From positions 22,040-86,039 of the forward strand of contig LWCA01000017.1 in NCBI GenBank assembly GCA_001642005.1: 64,000 bases of DNA. Direction: 5' to 3'. Of this stretch, positions 37,501-50,100 are shown in pieces. The DNA is from Intoshia linei. Lineage: Eukaryota; Animalia; Orthonectida. Under the pieces are notes generated by a model. It was not told the origin of the DNA and did not search any database. It worked only from the letters and a program-made list of their open reading frames with translations. Position 1 is the stretch's first letter. The number at the start of each line of letters is the position of its first letter. Both the position numbers and the translations under genes were made by a program.

Positions 37501-40500
37501 TTATTTTGCTAACACACCCGGAAAAAACTGTAATTGAAATGAGACTTTATAAAATTCTAAGACTGGTAGTTATTGAAATAAACGGTAACACACGTAAACG
37601 GTAAATTGAACTAAATAATTGGAACTCGAATAATTTTTAAAAAATGGGTTTTAATCATGATTGTCCTAATTTTATAGTTTAAAATTTATATTTGCCGGAA
37701 AAATTGACCAATACTGAAATTTTGATTTTGTTTTTGAAATTTCTGGGATTATCTATTTTTGGAATAAATGGTTACAGTATAATAATTATTGATATTATTG
37801 TCATTATTATTTACTATAATTGTAATTATAATTTATAACCGTTACGCACACAGACAAAGACACATTTTTAGCAAGTTTTACTAAAAGATGTGTCTGTAAA
37901 ATTATAAATTTAAATTTATTTAATTCACAAGCAATTGGTGATGTATACAAAATATTAAATAATATAAGTAATAATAATATTAATAATTTAGCATCAAGAT
38001 TATAACAACATTGTAAATGTTTGGAAACAAGATATTTCTGGAAGAGGTGTTAATGTGACGATTTTAGACGACGGAATTTTTCATGATAATCCAGATTTGA
38101 AAACTAATTATGTAAAAATAATAATTTTATTTACTTATTTTAATAGCATCAAGACATAAGTTACGATTTGAATGATGTGAATGACAAATATCATGATCCC
38201 ACTCCAAGAGACGATGGAAATAATGAGTAATATCTGATAATTGTTTATTGATGAACCCTTGTAATTTTGATGATATTGCCTAGATTTTTATTTTTGTAAG
38301 AAAATTTGTATTTTTCGATATTCTTTTTTTAATAATTATTATATAATCCATTATAATGAACGTGTCTATTGTTGTTTATTTACTTGGCACTGGGTACCGA
38401 ATTATTTGTATAAATATTTAAAATGTTTTATTTTCATTTTAATTAATAATGTAATATAATTAGACACGGAACTAAGTGTGCAGGAGTTGTTGCGGGTGAA
38501 GCCAACAATGGTCATTGTGGCGTAGGAGTAGCATTCAATTCCAATATTGGAGGTTTTTTTAAATGATAAAATATTTTGTATAGATTGAGTTTTAATATAC
38601 ATTGTATTATTAATTTATCATAATTTATACATTTGTACTAATCTGTATCATTATTCAAACTCACAAAGCAGCGAACAGGAAAATACCAAAATTTTCATTG
38701 AAAAAAATATAGTAAGTAACTGCTTTCGATAAGTAACAAAATATTTTGGTAGCTGTAACAGAATAATCTTTATTTTTAATTCTAGGACCCTTAACTACAA
38801 ATTTATTTTACATTTTTTGTTTATACAATAGTTTCAAATAAAAAAATGAATGTTAAAGTTGTTAACCGTAAAAGCGTTACTTCATCAAATTAAATTTTTT
38901 TGTGTGTTAACTGGATATAACTGTATCAGCTGCAATTTTTTTTAAAATTCTGGGACTATTTTTATTATTTAAGAATAGGGTAATCTGGGGTTTAAATCGT
39001 TAAAATTACTTTTTTGAGTTTGCCATTTATTATAATTCTTGTTTTTAAAAAATATCCCAGAATTTATGTTTTATAAAATTTTAGAACATGTTCCATTTTA
39101 AAAAAACGTGTAATTTGGGGTTTTTACCATGAAATTAAATTTAAAAAAGGGCAAATTCTGGTTTTGACCTTGATTCTGAAAATGAAGTATAAATATAAAC
39201 ATTACCCGTGAAAAACTAAATTAGAAATTGGATTGGTTTTAATTCTACAATTGTTATTTCTTTAAATAAACAGTAACACACACAGACATTTAATTTTACA
39301 TAAGTAATGAATTAGAAAAATGTTTTTGAGAGGACTTGTCCACAGGTCAAGTTAATACATGTAGAATCTACATATAATCTACAATATAAATTAAAATACT
39401 TAAAATATTTAAAATTTAGGAGTGAGAGTTTTGGATGGAGTTATAACCGATCCAATCGAATCGCTTTGCTTTACGATAAACGTTGATAAAATTGATATTT
39501 ATAGTGCCTCATGGGGTAAATGTGATATTGACATTTGAAACCTATTAATTAGGCCCAAAGGACGATGGTATGACAATGGATAAGCCGCGCTATCATTCAA
39601 CTGAAGCTATGAAAAATGGAATTAAAAATGTTTAGAGATTTTTTCTTTTTTATATTTATATAGGGTAGAAATGGATTGGGATCTATATATGTTTGGGCTA
39701 CTGGTAATGGAGGAGAAATGGATAATTGTAATTGTGATGGTATGAGAGAAAATATTAAATGTACATAAATATAATAGGATACGTATCATCTATATACACG
39801 CTATCGTTTAGCAGCGTATCTAAAAATGGAGAAGCAATGTATTATGCTGAAAAATGTCCATCTACACTGGCTTCAGTCTTTATTGGTTGGAATTCTGGTG
39901 AAGAAAAGGATGAAAAATCTGGTTGTCATGTGGTATGATTATTGATTAATTTAATGATTCATTAATACTATTATATTGTAAAAAACGAAATATATTTACG
40001 CCAAAGTTTTCCAGATCAAGCTAGATAATATTATATGAAAGAATTAATTTTAATTAACTTAAAATTTCGTATGGGCCCGTTTCATGGACCGGCTGACTTT
40101 TCCATGAAATTGTGTACACTGTACATTTTATTTAAAGTAAACGTTAATTTATAGATTTCTACCAGTGTTCATTCAGAATGTACTACAGAATTCCAAGGCA
40201 CTTCCAGTGCCGCGCCAATGGCTGCAGGCTGTATTGCCTTACTATTGGAAGCAAAGTAAGCAATAAATATTATTTTTAAACATTAAAAACATTTTTAAAT
40301 AGTCCCAAATTGAGTTGGAGAGACGTAATTCATGTTGTCACATTATCTGCAAGAATAACGGACAGTGAAGATGATGGATGGGTCTTAAATGGAGGTGGGT
40401 ATCATTACAATGAAAAATATGGTTTTGGTGTCATGGATTGTGCTAGAATGGTATGGTATGGGAAAAGATTAAACCCGGTTGAGCCAATGTTAAATTCAAC

Positions 40501-41067
40501 TTATTCATTAATTCGTTCGACAAGGTACCATTTAAATTTAAATTTAAACTTAAATTTGCAATGTTAATTTTCAGATCTGTCCCAATATATAGAGGAGTAC
40601 TATATAAACATTCCATATACGTGGCATTTGAAAAAATTTCGTTCGTCGAAAACGTAGAACTGATTATAGACATGGAAATTGGTAACTTTACTCGAGGTTC
40701 AATTTCTCTATTTCTGAAATCGCCGTCAGGAACAATTTCTCGATTATTGGGGACAAGAATTGCTGACACGTCAAATAAAAAAATTAATTTTACATTTAGT
40801 AGTTTACAATTTTGGGGAGAAGACCCCAATGGAGTTTGGGATTTTACATTGGACACTCTTGAAAAACCATTGCAATTTTCCCCGGTTAAAATCCACACTT
40901 TATCTGTACGATTCTATGGATTAGAAAATTATCCAACAATCAAAACATGGCATGACTCTGAACGTGTTAGTCCCATTTATTTACAATATCTCAACGAAAA
41001 AAGCTATGATGATCCAATCAATACTTATACCTTTATTTCAAATGTTGAAAAAAGACAAAAATTGTAA
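34519..41067 (+). CDS. Kexin/furin-family proprotein convertase (S8B): signal peptide, prodomain, catalytic and P domains; about 13 exons
   Basis: [17 protein letters not shown] (Asp), HGTKCAG (His), VWATGNGG (oxyanion Asn), [13 protein letters not shown] (Ser), [23 protein letters not shown]. Confidence 0.93.
35762..35971. mobile_element. hAT MITE
   Basis: Imperfect TIRs cagtagttttccacc / ggttgaaaacacgg; 8-bp TSD gtataaat; internal cgcgaccc repeats. Confidence 0.75.
36790..37595 (-). mobile_element. Helitron family copy in a convertase intron
   Basis: Reverse complement of the 53310-54190 family; part is nearly identical to 7894-8258. Confidence 0.75.
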
Positions 41068-41132
41068 CATTAAATTTATAGACACGGGGTATTATTCAAA
41101 ATGTACAAATGTAATGTATTCTTGACTATATT

Positions 41133-44100
41133 TTAAAATACTGAATTCAAAGATTCATCCATTGATTCAGAATCAGAATCAGAATTGCCTTGATCACTCA
41201 AATTGTGTAATAAATCATTTTCATTGCTTTTCATTTCATTAAAAGTTTCGTACAATTTTTCATAGACATTTTCTTTTTCGGCCAATATACTTTGTATTGA
41301 TTTATTAGAAATTTCGTCTGGTAGGTTGCTTTTATCTTCAAATACATTATTTACTGTGGCACACGAGTTTTCTGTACTATCATAACCAGATTTGTAATCA
41401 TTATTTAGGAGGGGTGAAATACCTTAATTTTATTATTATTAAATTTGATGTATTAAAAATTTTAATCTTGAAATGTACAAATACCTTTAGACGTATCACA
41501 AGGCGTGTTTTGAACATATTCGTATAGTTGATGTGTTTCATCTTTTATCTACAATTTAAAATGTGATTATTATAAATAGTTATTTGACAATACATAATTT
41601 TGAGGAATAAATGGATAATTTTCTTCGCTTTTATGGTTAATGGAATTCATAGGCAAGTCTTTATTTTTATTCTTTTTGGCTTTTTTTAATCTATTTTAAT
41701 TTAAATAATGTTCGTATATCCTTAAATATAATATATTTTAATTTAAGGATTCTTATTATATATCCACTTTATTTCAATAACTACCAGTCTTAGAATTTTA
41801 TAAAGTCCATATTTCAATTACAGTTTTTTCTGGGGGATATAATAAAATAAATTTCAACCTCCCAATTTCACATCTTACGAGTCAAAAACCCGAGTTTTCC
41901 CTCTTTTTGAAAATCAAACAAGTTGAAGAATTTAATTATATATACGCTAATACTGATTTTAAAATCATAAATATTATAATAAATTTAAATTTAAAAAAAT
42001 TATATCTTCAGGGCCAAAACCCAAATGACTTTTTTTTTAATGAAAACAGGCCTAGAATTTAAATAAAATTTACAGGGTGTACATTTGTATCCTCTTAACA
42101 CACATAAAAAATTTCAATCCGAATAAGTGACGACTTCACGGTCAAAAAATCATTTTAGTATTCATATATATTTTCGAAATATTTTATTAAAACAAAAAAT
42201 GTGAAATAATTAACGGTCCGAAAATTAAAAAAAAAGATTATTCTGATAGAGCTTATTCCAGTTGATATAATTACAAAATTTCCACCATTTTGTTTCAAAT
42301 TATAATTACAACTACAAATTAGTAAAAGTAATACAACTTTATTATCATTTTTATATTTATTACAATCCTATGCAATATTGGTAAAATTCGCCTGAAATAT
42401 GTTTATAAAGTGAAGATTCCGTTAATTATTGATACATAATTGGTATTTTTAAGTATTTATTATGATTATGTGATATGATGGTTCCACCTGAAACAAATTT
42501 GGGAACCACTCCAGTAAAGGATTGATAATAGTGAATAGTATGATTTTTAAGTTAGATTTTCAACGTGAATGTATTTTTTTGGTATAATAAAAATGTGCCC
42601 TCGGCAAAGCTAGGTGCTGTTTGTATGTAGTACATTACAGTCAACCTAGTATATTTATATGATGTAAACATGTTTAAACTGTTTAAGCTGTCCTTGGATT
42701 AGACTTGAATTTTTATAAAAAATTAAACCTTATGCACCTAAATATTTTTCATAAATGAAAGGCAATGTAACTAATTTGTCGCCCTGTTGTACATAATAAA
42801 TTTTACTCGGCGTCTAAAATAAATTTTTTTTCATGATTATTTTGAAATTCTTCGGAATCGTTACAAGACTTGGTTATGATATTACTCTTATTTTCTTTAG
42901 AAGAATATCCAATTTTTTTAAGAGTAATGCTTTTCAGTCTTTTAATTTTACTTTGACGCATTCTGTCTGAATGTCTGAAACTTTCAGTAAAATGTAAATT
43001 TCGATTTATTTTCGGTTTAGCAACTTTTGGAAATGTTCCAAATAGTGGATGATTACGCTAAATTTTATTTTGTTTTATTATTTAAATTGTATTTTAAAAA
43101 AATATATTTTACTCGATGCGTGTGTGTTTCAATAACTTGTTTTTGATGTTCGACTTTATCTGTATTGGATTCACTATCATTTTGATCGATTTCAGCTGAA
43201 ATTGTCCTTCTTATTTCTGGACCCAAATCGTGTATTGTTCTGAAACCAGCTTGCAAATGTGTGTTAGGTTTATGACGTAATTTCGCTATTGCATCTGTTC
43301 CAGTTACGTAATCCGTTTTATTTGGTACTTTTCGTCGTTTTTTAAATCTGCGAAAATAGTCTTGAATCAAAAATGTAGCATAAAATTTTCCAACTGTTAT
43401 TTCATCATCATCTAATTTGATAAAATTTATACATTATAATTATTTATACATTATAATTATTTTTTATATAACTTTTATTACCTCCACTTGGAGGTATCAC
43501 TTCATCCAACACTTTCATGTTTATTTTTTTCCAAATTTTCATAAGTATCGCTCGAAGTTCTTCATTGCAGTCCTGAATGCAACCTATTGATAATAAAAAG
43601 GATATATTGAAATGTAAAATGTAATTAAAACCTTCAGATTTTATATTTAATGCGGTTCGAATTAAAGCAAATAATGTAGCATTAAACATGACAGTTCCAT
43701 CACTATTTAAGGGCATATTCATCGACACTAGCCGCTGTGAAAATTGATAATAATATAATATAGTACATGTATTTGTAATATATGAGTAATTATAAATATA
43801 CTTGTATTAATGATACATAATAATTATTATGTAACATTATTTACGTTTAATTAAAAATGTAACATTTTATGATTAATTGAGTATTAATAGATACTAATAT
43901 TAATATTAATAGATGAATGGACATTTGAATTAAATTATAATTTGATAATTTTTATAACTACTTTTAATTTTGATATTACCTTACAAGCTAATCTGTGAGG
44001 ACACAAAGAACCGAATCCCAATGGAGGCGAAATTTTTCTTAAAAGAGTGACAATATCCAAATGTTTAATTTTGGCTCTACAATTAGATGGAATGAATTTT

Positions 44101-47100
44101 ATTATAAATGAATTTACGTTGCATCAGGATCATATTCAGCCCACATTCTAATAAATTCTTCCAAATGATGAGGACCAAGAATAGACCAATCTCTAGTTAA
44201 ATACTCGAAATTATCCATTATTACTGCCACAAATAAATTTAAAATCTAAAAAATATCAATATATTAGAATCATTGAGCAGTTCCGACAAATGGTATAATT
44301 TTAACACTGTGATATGTATTATGTTTGTAAATATTATAGCAAGGAAAGGAAAACCGTCACTTGAGAGCGACTTATTAGATAAACCAATACAATTCATGTC
44401 ATATATGGTTTATTTATGCTGATATGAATTGGTTAATTGCTCATTTAATTAAAATTTTTCTTTTTCGCAATTACAGTTCACTGCAAGGTCTTTACGATAA
44501 TTTAAAAATTCATATCCCAGTTAAAAAATTACATTTATAGTTCTGTCCTTAGTCAGAGCCGTCTTAAGCCACTTCGTGGGTATAGGCTAAAAAAATTAGG
44601 TCCCCTGTTTAGAAGACAGGGCATACTGTGGGTTGGAGACTTAGAATCTTATTTCATTGAGTATTAATAAAAGCATTATATTTTAAATTCAATAATTACC
44701 AGAACTTTGATTCTTTAAACTATTTTCTTTCTAGCTATTTGAATTCCCCATTTAAATTCCCGTATTTTTTAATAAATTGGGGCCTCTTTTTAAGATATAA
44801 CTGTAAAGTACTTTTATTAATTTGGAGGCCTTTTTTAATGAGGGCCCCTGGGCTACAGCCCATATTGCCCATGCCTTAAAACGGCTCTGTCCTTAGTAAT
44901 ATATGATATTTATATTAGTGGAATAAATAACGGTAAAAACTAACCAAAAATGAACATAGAATATAAAAAGATATAAAATATATATATGAAACATCCGTTC
45001 CACAAGATTCGTATCCATAATCGTCAGAATGAATATCACATTTTACTGATTTGTCATATGTACAATCCATCATTATTTCATGCCAAGCCTCTCCAGTTGC
45101 AGATCTAATAAATATAATAAAAATTAATATTCCAGTTTTCGAATTTGTACAATTTACTCGGTTAGTATGAGTTATTTTAACGCCAAAATGTTTGCGTGAG
45201 TTTTTTTACAGATATGAGTATAATTTAATATAACTTTTTAAATTTGACCATATTTTTGGAAACATCTATTCACCCTAGTGAAAACTTAAAATTGATCAAC
45301 TTATTTATATTATATAATTATGACTGTTTTCATTTCAAAAAAAGAGTAATCTGGGGTTTTGATCGTGAAAATGATCTTTTTTGAGGTTATTATTTATGAT
45401 AATGCTTATGTTTTTAAAAAATATACCATAAACTATGTTATTAATATTTAATTAATACATTTTGGGTTTGCGATTTATAATAATGTTTATTATTTTAAAA
45501 CCTATCCCACATTTTATGTTTTATAAAATTTTAGACATTTTATCATTTTTACTAAAAAAGGTAATTGTGGTTTTGGCTGTGAAGGTATAAGATTTTGAAA
45601 TTTAAATTTATCATAATAATGATGATTTTAAAATCTATATCAGATTGTTTATTTTTTATAATTTCAAGACTCGTTTGAATTTAAAAAAAAAAGTATAATT
45701 GGAGTTTTGACCTTGAAGAAATCAATTTATGAAAATAAAATTTGCGGTAAAACATCGCCCTCGAAAAATTGTATTAGAAATGGACATTATTAAAACTCTA
45801 CGCCTCTAATTTTCTTAAATAAATGTGAACAAACAAATAAATAGACAGACATACCTTTTTAACTAACATGTAAATTACTTTATAAGTAAGGATTTATCGT
45901 TATAAATTAAAAAAAATTTTTCATTAATTGTCAATCCTAGTTCTATATCAAATGATCAAACTGGGTATCATAATAAATTATATTTATACCTAAACAATAC
46001 AATAACAGCTTGAAAAAATGTTTGAAAGTTGTTATTTCTATTTATGTTTGTTTCTTCGTCTAATTGTATTTTTCCAAAGACCTAAATTAAAAAACCATTA
46101 AAATAAATTAATCTTAAATTTATTATTATATGATCAATTTTTTTCAATTTTTGTGAAACTGATTTCACATATGTTAAACCCATACCTGTATACAATTATT
46201 TTGAAAAGTATAACTGTATTTAGAATAATTTAAATAAATGAAGAAAAATATATATAAAATTACAGCTCACTTAAAAAAGCTTTAGATACCCTTATGATTG
46301 GTTTCTAGGCATTAAATTAAAATAATACCTGCATTCCAACAACGGCATAGATAAAAAACAGCATACCGATCAATAATGCTACGTATGGAAGAGCCTAAAA
46401 TTCGAATAAAGTATTCATTATGATATTTTAGTGGTTTATATTTACGAAAAATACATAAAATAAGCAAATTTTTTTAGAATATTGAAGAATTTACATTTCT
46501 TATAACAGAAAAAAAACTGACTGAAAGGTTTTATGTAGTACAAATAAATATTAAATTTTTTAAAAATTTAAATTCATTTCTGAAAATATGTACCATTCAT
46601 CAATTTGAAGAAAAACCTGAAATGACTTGACAAAAGTCCAAATGAGTGTTCTAATTCCTTCTCCACGACTCAACAGTTTGATTAATCGCATTACGCGGAA
46701 TAGCCTGAAGAAATTGATGCTAATCATTGTTGAATTTTGTGGCTAAAAAATTATTTAATTATAACCAAAATATAGTAATTTCAAATGGTCAGATCCGCTC
46801 GTCATTCATTATCTTGTAAATTATAATTACAAATTGTAATGATAAATACTATCTTTTCTCGATTATAAGCAGACCCCTGAAATACAAATTTTCATTTAAA
46901 TTTTTAGCTAAATAAAATTTGAATATAATGAGTTTCTGCTTGTATTCGAAAGAAAGAACTTTAAACAAAAAATAGACAGAATATCAATTTATTTCTAAAT
47001 TATAACTTCCTTCATACAATAGAATGTTTGATTTATAAGTTTATACTAATTAGAAAAAAACTTTTATTGCATTTTTTATATTTTTCAAGATCTGTTTAAA

Positions 47101-50100
47101 AGTCTGCTTGGTTTTGATTATAAGCATTTTTCCTTATACTCTCGAATATGAGAAGACTTCTTATAATCGAGAAAAGACAGTAGACATTTGAATATTATTC
47201 TTTCATTATTATTAAATATTTTATTCAAATTTATTCAAATTCATTCATTTATTAGAAATCATCATGTCGTATAGAATGTATATAACTGTGAAATTTACAC
47301 ATTCTATGGGCAAGTCGTAGAATGTATACATTTCATGGATAAGTCGTAGAATGTGTAAAATTTTCATTTATATTTTAAATATAGTTTAATTTTGGATTTT
47401 AGAAATTTTTTTTAATCCAAACTTTAAGGGTGGTTTTTAAGATTTTTTTTAGAACAAAACTTTAACGGGGGTTTTTAAAAATATTTTTTGAACAGAACTT
47501 TAAGAAGCGGTTTTTTAGAAATTTTTTAAATCAAATTTGAAAAGGGGTTTTAGGTAATTATATTTGACCCAAACTTTCGAGAGGGATTTTTAAGATTTTT
47601 TTTTAAACCAAACTTTCAAGGTGGTTTTTAAGATTTTTTTTAGACAAACTTTCAAGGTGGTTTTTAAGATTTTTTTTAGACAAACTTTCAAGGTGGTTTT
47701 AAGATTTTTTTTAACCAAACTGTAAGGTTGTTTTTAAGTTCTGTTCAAAAAAAATTCCTAAAAACTCCCTTTTAAAATTGGTTTAAAAAAAATCTTAAAA
47801 CCACCTTGAAAGTTTGTCTAAAAAAAATCTTAAAAACCACCTTGAAAGTTTGTCTAAAAAAAATCTTAAAAACCACCTTGAAAGTTTGGTTAAAAAAATC
47901 TTAAAAACCACTCTTAAAGTTTGGATCAAAAAAAATTTCTAAAATCCAAAATTAAACTATATTTAAAATATAAGTTAAAATTTTATACATTCTACAACTT
48001 GTCCATATAATGTATACATTCTACGACTTGCCCGTGGAATGTGTGCATTTCACAGTTGTACACATTCTATGCAACATATACATAAATAGTACAAAATATT
48101 TGGCTGACCCTCGTTATAGAAGCAGGCATATATAGTTTAGTGATATTTTAAAATTACACTTAATTCGTTATAAATAATATCAATAAGACTGCCCATGACA
48201 ATGATGAAATCTAATGTATTCCACGCATCTTTAAAGTAATGCTAAATTATATAATATGTCATTAATGAATAATCACAATTATGATTAATCTTTATACATA
48301 TAATTATATAAAAAATTTATATTTTTAGTCCATCTCAAACCCTTTTTACATTAAGTTCAACTACTAGTGTGTGTAATTAATCTTTTAAAATCAAGAGAGT
48401 TTTAATTTTTAAATTATTTAAAAAAATTCTTTAAAGGGCAACCGCATATGCACCACAAGAAGTGATGATTAATGAATCAAAAAATTCAGGGCCCATTTTT
48501 AATTTTCGGGTGGCTACCGCTTGGTAGATTCCGTTCTGACAACTTTTATGCATTCTGTTTCGAATTCTTAGTGATAATAGTTTTAATTTTTGTAAGTTGA
48601 TTACTACTGGAAAATTTTAAGGTATTTAAAATTTAAAAAAAAATTTATTACCAATAATGGAAAAGTCAGTAAAATGTAAACATTACTTGAATTTTTTTAC
48701 ACACACTTAAAAAAATATGCACGTTAAATTTAAAATAAAGAGATAAAATTGATTATTACGCAAGGTTGGGCTTCATCTGGTGTTGGTTGTCTTTGAAAAA
48801 CTTTTTTATATTTTTTTCAATATACCCAACTCTTTTTAATTTAATTTAATTAAACCTTTAATCTTTTCTATATTACTTGAAAGTCATACCTTAAATCTAA
48901 ATGCGGCCAACTTCAAAATAAATTCAATTGTAAAGACTGCGGTAAAAAACATATTTAGGTAGTCTAGTGACATGGAATAATACTTGGGTTGTTGAAAGAA
49001 CTAAAATTATTGTATTATAATTGATTACAATCAAAATATATTATGTTTATTATTATTATACTAGTATTAAATTAGTGGGGTTTCATTAAATTTTCAAAGA
49101 ATAAAAATTGATGAAAAATTAAGTACTTTTCACAGTTTAACTATGTATGATAGGGTGTCTGATTTTGCACTTTTTGAAAATCAAAAACTTCAAACTTCAA
49201 AATTTACATAATTGATTAAATTAGTGATATTGAATATAGTAAATTTCATACATACATTAGAGATATTCTAAAATTTTATTCTTAAGATCCAAAGGGTTCA
49301 AGATCGGAAAAATTTGAGTAATTAATCAAAAAAGGAGAAGAAAAAAAAATAATTTAAATTAGATAAAATTTGGGGAGTCGATAAAAAAATTTTTAAATTA
49401 TTGATTTATGGTTCGCTTTTTTTGTGCTTGGATACTATTCATTTTATATAACAAAATAGTGAACATAATGAAAATGTATATATATTTTGAAAAAAGTTAT
49501 CTACTTTTCACAGTTAGTCCATGATCCGCTTAATCTGTCGCTACTGTACTATCAGTTTACATGTTAATTGTTCCAATTGTTAAAGTTCCCCAAAAATTAT
49601 ATGAATCCCAGTATAAAAACTAGCGTGGCGGTTGATTTTTTTAAATTATAATTTAAATAACTAAATTAAAATAATTATTTGATAAATTGACCTTCATTCC
49701 CAATGTAACTGAATTTAGCAAAATGAGTGCAAAAATGGTATATTCAAAAGGCCGAGAAGTTACAAATAGCCAAATTTTAAATTGGTGTTTGTTTTTAGGT
49801 ATATATCGTCTTTGCGGTTTAGCATGTAGTGCATATTCTATACATTGTCTCTAATATGAAAACATTTGTAATTGATAATTTAATTTATTGAAATTTTTGT
49901 ATTCAAAATTAAATTAAAAAATTCCTATAAATACATATTGAAAATAGTACCTCATTTTTAGAAAGTTCACAATTTTTGTATTCTTGCTCACCTTCATTTT
50001 GAAACGTGACAATGACAAACCCAACAAAAATGTTTACCATAAAAAATGCAATAACAATTATATAAACAAAATAATATATAGCTACTGAAGGCCTATAATT

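Noticed and set aside
47400-47940. ~35-bp regular repeats resembling a CRISPR array (also 28910-29150)
   Set aside because: No unique spacers, the repeats invert as foldback arms, and the context is eukaryotic with no cas genes.
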